Assembly (NCBI GenBank): GCA_021613535.1
Contig: CP075496.1
Location: 1,798,001-1,862,000 of the forward strand
Direction: 5' to 3'
DNA: 64,000 nucleotides
Source of the DNA: Adineta vaga
Taxonomy: Eukaryota; Animalia; Rotifera
Every line of letters begins with the position of its first letter. The first letter of the stretch is position 1. The position numbers were made by a program, and so were the translations under genes. Below the pieces are notes generated by a model that was not told the DNA's origin, did not search any database, and saw only the letters and a list, made by a program, of their open reading frames with translations. Of this stretch, positions 53,679 through 64,000 are shown in pieces.

Positions 53679-54562
53679 CTGAAGAGAGAAAAATGATTTA
53701 TGCTTTCGACGAGAGAAGCTTTTATTTATTCAGCTGTATTGTATTGTATTGTACTTCTAAACAAATTCTGTTTGAATGTGATAATGAAGTTCTATTTGGT
53801 AAATGTAACCTTATGTCAGAATATTTAGTCGAATCAGCTGGTTCATCATTATCCTATTGGTGAAAATCATCATCCAATTCAATTTAAATGGATTTTACAG
53901 AAATTTTCAATACATTAATGATAGTAATTGATTGATAAAACACATTTTTATTGAATAAAAATTAATTTAGTAAACTATCCTTCAGCAAATACTGTCAATT
54001 ACCGCCATCTAGTTTTCTCTTTACGTTTCATAAAATATTAACTAAATTTCTACAATTTATAGAGGAAATAGATCTGAATTAAGTTTATTAACACTACAAT
54101 GATCTAGATTTGAAAAATCTTTTTCAAAGAAAAAACGACAATATATTTCCTAATTAATCAATGTAATCAAATGTCATTTATTCTTTTCTTCTTCTTCTTC
54201 TTCTTCTTTCTTATCCATGCCATCAAAAGAAGACAAGTTCAAGTATAAAGAAAAGGAAAATTAAAATATTCCGGACGTATTGTATCTCATTCTCGAACAG
54301 GTATACAGAACATTTAAAAAGAGAAAAGAAAGGATAGAAGAAAAAAGTGCGTGTATGTGTGTGTGTGGCTGACTGACAAAGAAGCATCAGCACGCTCAAA
54401 TGAAAGTATCAAACTAGGAAAAGCTTTGACAAGTATATATTATGACAGACATGTAATCTTCCTATTTCATCATCAAAGTTTTCTCATTTATTAAAGGTTT
54501 CATAAGAAAACGAAGCAGTTAAACTGCATACATACAGAATAACTTGGTTTACACATCTTATC

Positions 54563-56756
54563 ATGAATAACAACTTAGAACAAACGACAGTTTTAAATTC
54601 TAATCAAGAACAATTAAACAAATTGGACAATCATAACAGATTCGTGAATGTAAGTTTCTTTGTATAGAGAAGAATTTTATTGAAGATTTCTATAGCGTTT
54701 TCGTCAATGGATACGACCGAGTTCTCAACATCATAAAGAATTGCAATCCAGTGATTCTCCTCCGACAGATAAAGCTCCAGCAGCTAAAGATGAAAATAGG
54801 TTTAGTAATAAAATATTTATTAGACATAGAATTTTTTTCTTCTTATTTAATATTTTTCAATAGAAATTGGATTGTCGATCCTTCGGAATCCTTTTTTTAT
54901 TATTGGTCAGCTATTGTTTCAATTGCTGTTCTCTACAATTTAGTTATTTTGATCGGTCGAAGTGCCTTTCTTCTTCTTCAAGAACGTCTTTTTATTCTTT
55001 GGCTTATTTGTGATTATCTTTGTGATCTATGTTATATTATTGATACGTTTGTACAATCACGAAAGACTTATCTCGAACAAGGTCTAGTTGTTCATGATAT
55101 AAAAAAATTACGTAAACATTATATGCATAGTCGAGCATTTATATTAGATATTATTTCATTATTACCAACAGATTTTTTATATTTTATGCCTCAACTTTAT
55201 CTTTTACCATCATTACGTTTTAATCGTATTGTTCGTGTTTATCGTTTTATGGAATTTTCCGATAAAGTCGAAACTCAGACAAATCATCCGAATATATTTC
55301 GTCTTGTTTCATTATTAACAATGATTGTTATATTAATTCATTGGAATGCATGTTTCTATTTCATTATTAGTCGATGGATTGGTTATTCAACTGATTCATG
55401 GGTTTATAATATGAATATACCAACTGGAACTACATTATCAACACAATATATCTATTGCTTCTTTTGGTCAACATTAGTATTGACAAATATTGGTGAAGTA
55501 CCACCACCAGAATCAGATGTAAGTAAAATCAGAATCGATGTTATCTGGCTAAGTTTGATATTTTTAGTTTGAAATTCTCTTTGTAACTGCAGACTTTCTT
55601 CTTGGTGTTATCGTTTTTGCTACTAGTAAGTGATAAGTTGTTTTTTTTATTTACTTACTCTGACTTTTAAATGAGTTGTTTTTGATTTCCAATAGTCGTT
55701 GGTAATGTTGGTTCAATTATTACTAATATGAATACAGTTCGTGCAGATTTTCGACAAAAAGTTGATCAAATTAAACAATATATGGGATTTCGAAAAGTTG
55801 GCACCGAACTTGAACGACGTGTCATTACTTGGTTCGATTATTTATGGTTACAAAAGCAAGTTGCCAATGAAGATGAAGTCTTAGGTAGAAAGGAATTCTT
55901 GAAATAAAACAACGAATCTATCTTTTTTTTTCCTATAAAAGATTCTTTACCACAGAAATTACGTGTTGAAATAGCTATTCATGTACATCTAGCAGCATTA
56001 AAACGTGTACCGATTTTTGCAGAAGCACAACCAGGTTTACTTGTTGAACTTGTAACTCGACTTAAATTACAAATCTTTAGTCCAGGAGATTATGTTTGTA
56101 AAAAAGGTATGAAATATGATTGTTATTTATAATTCATTGAAATTTCAGTTCGTTAGGTGATATTGGTAAAGAAATGTATATAATTAAACGTGGTCGATTA
56201 AGTGTAGTTTCTGATGATGGAACAAAAATATTTGTTACGCTTGAAGAAGGAAGTGTCTTTGGAGAAATATCTATACTTAATATTCCAGGTAATCTTCATG
56301 TTTTAATTGATACCACGTTGAAATAGAATTGATTTGCTCTTAGGAAGTAAAACAGGAAATCGTCGAACAGCAAATATTCGAAGTGTTGGTTATTCCGATT
56401 TATTTTGTTTAACAAAACAAGATTTATGGGAAGTATTAGCTGAATATCCATCAGCACGTGATACATTGATTGAACGTGGTAAAGCACATTTACGAAAAGA
56501 TAATTTATTGGATGAAGATGCAGCACAAACTGCTTTACTTGATCAAGCTGCTGTACCGGATAAAGTCGCTCGAATTCAAAATAATATTGATAAATTAGAA
56601 ACACGTATGGCACGTATTATGGGTGAATATAAAGCAAATATGAATGCACTTGGTCAACGTTTACAAACAATTGAACAACTTGCTGAAGAAAAATATGGAA
56701 CTCTTTCTCCTGATGAAAATCTACTCGACATTGAAATTAATGTTAAGGATGTTTGA
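54563..56756 (+). CDS. Cyclic nucleotide-gated channel alpha subunit (CNGA/TAX-4-like), multi-exon
   Basis: [28 protein letters not shown], pore [56 protein letters not shown], and a C-terminal leucine zipper. Confidence 0.95.
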
Positions 56757-57953
56757 TTATTTTTTATATGTATAATCAGTTTTTTTTTGTATAACATTCC
56801 AGAAGTATTTGTGTTTATGTGATGTAAATGTTATTTGAGAAGATAGTTATAATAAGTTCAAGTATTGTTCAATTCTCACGCACATTTATACGTAATGCTC
56901 AATTCTCTTCAATAACTTACTAAAGACAAATGTTCATTTTGAATAGTGGCAAAAAGAACACACTGAGATTCCAGATGATTCTACTTGTACCATCCTCTTG
57001 TGTATTATTTTATTTCATATCTTTATACGAATAACTGACATTCCAATAGACATACTAACTGCTCCAAAAACACAAGAATAACATACCGCCTTGCTTCTTT
57101 TTCTTCTCTTATAAAATATGATTGATACATACATCACATTTTCTCAGTATGTGATCTTTCGTTTACTCACATAAAGATAGCAATCGTGATGTTTTTTAAA
57201 ATATGTCGGTACTCTTTCTTCATAGATATGTATATATATATATATATCGATCAAGAAAAAAAGAAATATACTTTTTCTTCATTTACAGACAAAGATAAGA
57301 ATCATCATCATCATCACCCTCAAAGAAACAGGTTTGGATGGATATTCAACTGTATATTGATTTGAAATGTTTTTCGTCTTGTTTTATCGCATTTGATTAA
57401 CACGATTAATTTATGATCAATATATTCATGAGCATTTATCGATATTTTGAATAAGATGAATTCGACAATAATAGTTTCGACACGCGATATGTCAAGAAAA
57501 CGAAGAGTCAATTATTTATTGACCGTTATCGGTCTACCTTCTTTCAAGTCATCTCTATGTCTTCTGCTTCGTTGATTAGAATATACATAGAGAGCGAGAG
57601 TGAATTAAAGTTATAAAGTAAGCAGCAATCTGCCATTCGTTTATTTCGAACTTTACGGTTTATACATATACACATATACATATATAGATGTGAAAAAGAA
57701 GGAAGAAGGCCGTTGAGGACTGACCGTTTATCCTTCTCTCTATCCAGATCAAGAAAAAGGAGATTCGTTCTTTTCTCTCTCTTTCTCTCTCTCTTCTATA
57801 TAACTCCTACATCTTCTTGTTCATACGGGCGAACAATCGTATATACGACGACAGAAAAGAGAAGTAGTCATACATCATCATTCATTCATTCGTTTTTTAG
57901 ATCTGTTTACAACATTTTATTGTTAGTTATTGTCGTGATCAATAAAAAAGAAA

Positions 57954-60379
57954 ATGGATAACAATGGTGCAACCTTCTCCTCTCAAACAAGTCCAAATAC
58001 TGGCAATCCACTCAATCCTCTTCCTATTCCACCTTTAACAGTTGAACCACCTTCAACCACAACTGTCGAAGCAATTGTTTCAACTCCTTTAGAACCCGTA
58101 TTCACAGCAACAGAACCGGTAGGACAAACAAATATTGACGGAAATGTACAAGCTCATTTCGATGTTAATTATCAGGCTCATGATGTTGCCTTAGCAGCAG
58201 CAGCAGCAACAACAAAACCCAATGAACATCAATCTAAAACAGGTTTCCAAAAAACTGAACATCATAAACTAGATATGGATGATAATGATGATCATCTTGA
58301 TAAATCAAAATTAAGATTTTCAATGTTAAACAAATTATTTCTTATCTTGGCTATTGTATGCTTTGCACTCTTTCTTTGTAGTCTTGCATTCATTATTGCC
58401 AATCTTGGAAATGTAAGTCCACTCACAATATCTTTTGTTTGTTTGATGATTGGAGTATAAGGCTTGACGAGAAAAGATAGATGTATTGAGTATATGTTTG
58501 TATGTATTGAAAGGATTCATCATTGAACGAACTACTGTTGTTGTATGTGTGTGTGTGTATGTGTGTATAGTCAATACAAAAGCTACTTTCAGGGACAAAC
58601 ATACAGTGTAATTAGAGAATGTGTAGGAAAGAAAACAATAGCCATTCATTATCTTCTGCTCATCGATTGATTGAATAGAAATATGCCAGATCGATCATTT
58701 CTGACAATTGAAAGACGAACATCTTTATCATAAAGATGTATCTGTTCAAGGTTACTAGATGATAATCATTAATTAATCATTGATCAAATCAAATCGAAAG
58801 CAATAAGAAAGGAGAAAATGTTTTCTTTTTGTTTAATCAAAAAGAAGATGAAGATTTTCTATATTGATAAATAACATAGCAATAATTCGCTCGTTGATTT
58901 ATATAAATACCTTCTGGTCAACGTGTAAGAATACTTGAGACAATGCCATTATGAAGTGTACTTAAGAAATTCGAAGTGTCGTGCAATTTGTTGAAATAAT
59001 TTTTTAAAAGCTATTCCTGTTGATTTTATACAGAGAAAAAGACATACTTATTGAGAAACATGCTAGATAATGATATTCATTTTCTAATTAATTTCTGAAT
59101 TCAGAAAGAAGTGAGACTATATTTGTGTGGAATTTAACACTTCTATTTCGTGAGACTGATCAAAACTGTCAAAGACAATTCGTTTTCTTTTCATTTGCAC
59201 CAGAGAATGAATCTTTATCTTTCTAGTTATATGGCAAACACGATGGTCGTGGTTTCTCTTTAATAAGTCCTTCAACTGCACATGATGGTTATCTTGGATC
59301 TTCGGAACGAAATATTTCCGATGAATATTTTAATATAACACATCCAAATAATAATGGCATCATTGTCGTTATATCTCGCAAGGGTGCATCTATTCATGAT
59401 ATTTTAATTCCTTATAAACATCACGATGGAAGAAAATATCGTTCTATTGTTGTTCAAGGCGGTGAAGAAAATCATTTTGGTTCTGTACGTTTTGGTTTTG
59501 ATGATCCACAAAATCCAATGGATATGGTCTATCAATTACCTTCCAACTATCCATTGTTAAATGTTTATCAAGAACAATGGACAATGCTTGCTGATGAAAC
59601 AAAACCGTATCGTGTACGTTTTATACGTGATTTAGTTCAAATTATTTATGAATTTTCTTCAATTAATCCTAATCAATTGATTATGACAACAATGATTGCA
59701 CCAGCATCAAATGAACAACTTATTGCTGATCCAACAAATAATGTTTATTTCAATTTACGTGGTTATGGTACTTTAAACACTGTAAGAATAGTCTCTATTT
59801 TGATTAACAAAAGTTTTTTCATCAAATTTTGTTTTCTTATTTAGCATTATTTGAACTTAAGTTCATCCGATCCTATTGATATTTCTAATGGACAAAAAAT
59901 GGAACAATATCGATTAATACAAGCTCAACAAGTTGATCGATTAACAAATCCGAATAATTATTTCTATAAAGTTGATCGTGCTGGTATTGGAAAGAATTAT
60001 GTTGCTACGTATGTGTATTTCTTATTCGAGTTTTGTCGGACAAAAAAAAGAACTTTTTTATTATTTTAGTTTAACAGAAAGTGAAACAAAAACAACATTA
60101 CATGTTTTTTCTGATCATACTGGTGTTCGTATTGATCCATTCGGTGTTGGAGTAACTAATCAAGAAGTTAATCATGCAACAACAACGCCTGATATGCGTG
60201 GTGTACGAATTAGTCCAAGACAATCACCCAGTTATAAACCATCAGTAAGAAAATGAATGCAGTACATACGAAATGACTTCTAAATTTGTCTCTTCTAGCC
60301 AATCTATGGTCCAATATTGATTGTTTCGCCATCACAAGCTATTCATACAACATGGTGGCATTTTGAATATGAAAAATAA
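57954..60379 (+). CDS. Type II single-pass membrane protein with a degenerate aldose-1-epimerase (GalM)-like domain, 5 exons (large intron 58413-59226)
   Basis: TM segment LFLILAIVCFALFLCSLAFIIA, then GalM-like motifs in the correct order: KGASIHDI, HFGSV, PTNNVYFNLRG, YVATL.....TLHVFSDHTGVRI, HTTWWHF. Confidence 0.75.
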
Positions 60380-61424
60380 GAAATAATCCTCATTTTCTTC
60401 ACTTCCAGCAGCAATAAGTAACAACAAATCATAAGATTTAAGTGTTATATATACATAGAAAGTTTTCTTTTTCTTTTTGTTTCTCTATGTAGTTCAGTAT
60501 TTTAAGTCTATCTGAACATAGATCTTTTTCATTTCATTATATACATAATATGTGTTTGTGTGCGTGTGCTTGGTTTTTGTTGTCTAATTGAATTAGTTTG
60601 TTCGTTAATATCTTCGAAAAACAAAGAAACTTTATATAATAACATTAAGAAAGAGATTTCTTTTTTTCTCTTTTTCTTTTTTTTTCATTGTTCATGTGGT
60701 ATTTGAGATAATTGTTGCTGGAGAATTAAATAAAATTTATGTTCGTATATATGAAGTTTAAGAATGGATGGTTTTATTTTCCTCCTGAGGAATATTAATG
60801 AAAAAGAAAATGAACATTAAGAGATATATACAAAAGCACAGAAAGTGAGTGAATGAGAGAGAGAAAGAAAACGAATTGCATTTATTTCATGCACAAACAC
60901 GAATGATTATAGAAGAAGAAAAAAAACACAAATAAACAGAACATTATCACGCAATTTAAGATCTTTGATACATAAATTCTATGGTAAATTTCGTTGAAGA
61001 AAATTTATTTGTTTGTTCTTTTTTTTGTTTTGCTAATTTTCACTGTATCACTTTTCTTTTCTTTATCGAAACAAATCTCTTTCGTTGCGAATTGTATTAT
61101 TAATAAGAAACAAGAAAAAAATTGAATAGTACGTATGTTTGTATGAGAGAAAGAATCAGAAGGAATGAGTTTTAGAGTAAAAATAGACTATTTCAAGCTA
61201 CTACATAAATAAACAGACAAAACATATTGGTGGTGGAAGACACACTACAAACAATTAAACAAATATATGTGTTTGTTTTTTCTTCTATGGAGAGATAATA
61301 ACGCAAAAACCACCACCACCACCACCATCAGATCAGAAACAGAATTATCATTATCAACAAATGTGTTAAAAAAACAATTGAAAATCATATATATTGAAAG
61401 AATATGTTGAAATATATGAGAGAT

Positions 61425-63296
61425 TTAAAGTTTCTTCTTCTTATTAATATTTTCACTCACAGCAGTCTTTACTGTTGACGACATGGATCTAAAAAAAGAA
61501 AGGAAAAGATACTAATTATATCTTAAATAATTAGAGAAAGAAAGAAGTCATCAATGACGTAAATAGAACAATTAAAATTTATATTTAAACTTGATCTTAA
61601 AACTAACCACAGAATTATCTTTTTTTTTGTTATTCATTTCATTGTGAATCATCTAATAACAATGAAAGAGTCTATATTTAGAATTGAAATGTTTCCTTCG
61701 ATTAACTTTAGAGCAAATTTAAGAAATCTTCTCAAAACAAACACAATAATTTCATTTGCTTTTCAATTACTTTGTATCTTCATCATCATCATCTTCATCT
61801 TCATCTTCTCGAACATCATGTAAATTATTTAAAGTACCGCTGCACACTCGAAAGAGAAATTGAAGAATAAACTAAAAAAAAGAAAGAAATGTTACTTTTA
61901 TATGATTATTATCATTAAAAAAAAGAATTCTTACAACAAGCCAATAGATATTAAGTCCAAGTAACATCCATAATAATCCATTGAAGAAACCATATAAACC
62001 ACAACCTTTATCATAGGCACGATAAGCAGTAACAACACCACTTGTATATAGTACTTTCATTGGATACCAATATAAACGAAATAGAAACCTAATCATGAAT
62101 AAGAAGAGAAGAGAAGAAAAGAAAAAATGCAATTTTGTTTTATATTTCTTTTACATACCAACAAAATGTAAACATGATAAAACAAGCAGAAGCAGTATTT
62201 TCCCACATTGGATATTCTTTTCCATTTTCTCTCGATCCAAGATAATGTAAAGTTTTTGTTAATTCAAGCCAAATATCTGTTATATCATGAACGAATAGAA
62301 CAAGTAAACCAATTTTATGATAACTAATCGAAAAGTAAAAATATTTTCAAATAATTCTTCAATTAATTTCATTTCTTACCGAGTTGCATATGAAACGAAA
62401 ATTAATGTCATTGTTACAACATGATGAAGAATCATAACATAGAAATCTTTACGTTTATAATCCATATAAAGTGTAGCATAAAGGGAATGTAAATAAAAGC
62501 CACATTGAACAAAATACATGAGTTTAATATCAAATGGAACTGTCATACCTGGTGACCAATCTGAATAAACAATGAACAAATTTAATTTTTACTTAAGTTA
62601 AATATTTTACTAACCATCCCAGATTTGATAAGGTTCATGGAAATAATTATAACAACGATGGAGTAAATAAACACAATAAGACCATGTGCACGTGTAGAAC
62701 AAACATTTCCATGCAGATTCTGGAAATTTCTTTTTATTTATTGGTTTCAATTGAAGCCAATTTACTAATGGCTAAAAACAAAGTCAAATAAGATTTTCTT
62801 TTGAAAATAATCTTCACTTTGTACGCTATAAAAATCCTATGAATCCTTAAAATGACCTCGTGCGTTCTTATCTGACGTTTGACATACATCTGAAAAAGTA
62901 ATCAGATGAATAAAACGATACTGAAGACAGTATTTTACACAACATTCTAAGGATTCATATGGTTTTTAATGTCTTGAGGTGAAAATTTTTGCTCATGAGA
63001 ACTTTATAACAAACTTTGCAAATGTTTTTTTCAAATAAATAACGTAATATTGTGATAACAATTGCGATATAAAGAATATAATAAATTTGATTAATTGGAA
63101 AATAAAAATGTCGTGTAAAATCTTCAATAAATGAACGTGGAAAGGAATAGTCACGCCACATATGTGGCCTATAGTACCATGAGATTGTATTCCAAATACC
63201 GATAATTAAATCGAAATAATTTGGTGTCGTAGTAAAATTTCCTTTTAAATTTTTCCATTCTTCTCTTTGTTCTTCTGTTAAATACGAATGTTCCAT
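61425..63296 (-). CDS. CERS1: Ceramide synthase, CERS1/Lag1-type (no homeodomain), multi-exon
   Basis: KKFPESAWK..FY, Lag1p motif RKDFYVMILHHVVT..HDITDIWLE, FRLYWYP.K, and a C-terminal KKKKL dilysine ER-retrieval signal. Confidence 0.9.
62829..62968. mobile_element. MITE-like/foldback element in CERS intron 1
   Basis: About 25-bp imperfect terminal inverted repeats with a perfect 12-bp core (TATGAATCCTTA / TAAGGATTCATA). Confidence 0.45.
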
Positions 63297-64000
63297 ATTT
63301 TGTATAAATAAGAAAGAATTGTTTTGATTTAATTTCACTTTACTAAAATATTATTAGCATTGATCGGTGAATTTGTGAGATAACATTTGTTTTTGATGAA
63401 ATAGGTTCTAAATGGAAGAATTCAAATACATATGTTCAGATAAGAATAAGAAATGAGAAAAGTAACTAGTTTCTATCTCGTTCACTTTCTTTCTTTCTAT
63501 TTTTTTTTCCTTTTCTAGCTTTCATCAACGGTGATATTAATGGTAATAGAAGTGTGAAAGAAAAGAAAAGAAAAGAAAAGGAACATTGACAGTTAAAAAA
63601 AAATGAATAAACGTAATGAAAAGTAAATGATTCATTCAAAAAGAAAATGCAATCAGAAAGTGGAAAAAAAAAGAAAGTAAAGAGAGAAACAGTACTAGTA
63701 TCGATACGTTATACGGACCAATCAGAAGACGATATTGAGTCCTCCAACGTCATGTATGAATATAAAGAGCAAAGTTAATAATGGTAAGTATACGAATTAT
63801 TTGTTCATTTTATATGAATGATTCGAAAAACAACGAGATCAACAACAGTCTCTCTTTCAAATTCGTCTATCTAAAGAAAGAGAGTTGATCATATTCAATT
63901 GAATAAGTTAATCATTCCTCATTGAAATATATTCTTTTACTTTATCATAGTTTGAAACTATTTTAAGATATGATATTGAATATATTAATTTCGAATTTAC

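Noticed and set aside
61608-61652. 45-nt AG..GT-bounded segment in the last CERS intron
   Set aside because: It is open only in phase 0, while the junction is phase 2, so inclusion gives an immediate stop. It is not supportable as a coding cassette without RNA data.

Overview
Eukaryotic, very AT-rich and gene-dense DNA with many tiny (~45-65 nt) GT-AG introns. It is metazoan, and the genome style fits a bdelloid rotifer, although the taxon is inferred, not shown. I reconstruct about 22 protein-coding genes by joining ORF-track fragments across splice sites: CEP19, a long TRPA-like channel, AGAP/centaurin-gamma, transportin-1, an RRBP1/kinectin-like protein, TXNDC5/ERp46-like PDI, a stanniocalcin-like secreted protein, a neuropeptide-precursor-like gene, RPL12, DIMT1, a Tim17/NDUFA11-family membrane protein, kynurenine aminotransferase, RNF32, an orphan secreted proprotein, a prothymosin-like acidic protein, CDK12/13, Dispatched, RAB3GAP2, a CNG channel alpha subunit, a membrane-anchored mutarotase-like protein and a CERS1-type ceramide synthase. 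I found no rRNA, tRNA, CRISPR or autonomous transposon. The most notable observations are: (1) a type II membrane protein carrying a catalytically dead galactose-mutarotase ectodomain; (2) a CTCF-like motif (YAGATGDCRS) recurring at seven intergenic boundaries; (3) two operon-like same-strand gene pairs with unpaired splice acceptors, possibly resolved by SL trans-splicing; (4) a 27-nt in-frame micro-exon inside the G4 motif of AGAP; (5) a head-to-head telomere-like inverted repeat; (6) orphan peptide precursors. All family calls come from remembered motif similarity, and no searches were run. Gene ends were spliced by eye.
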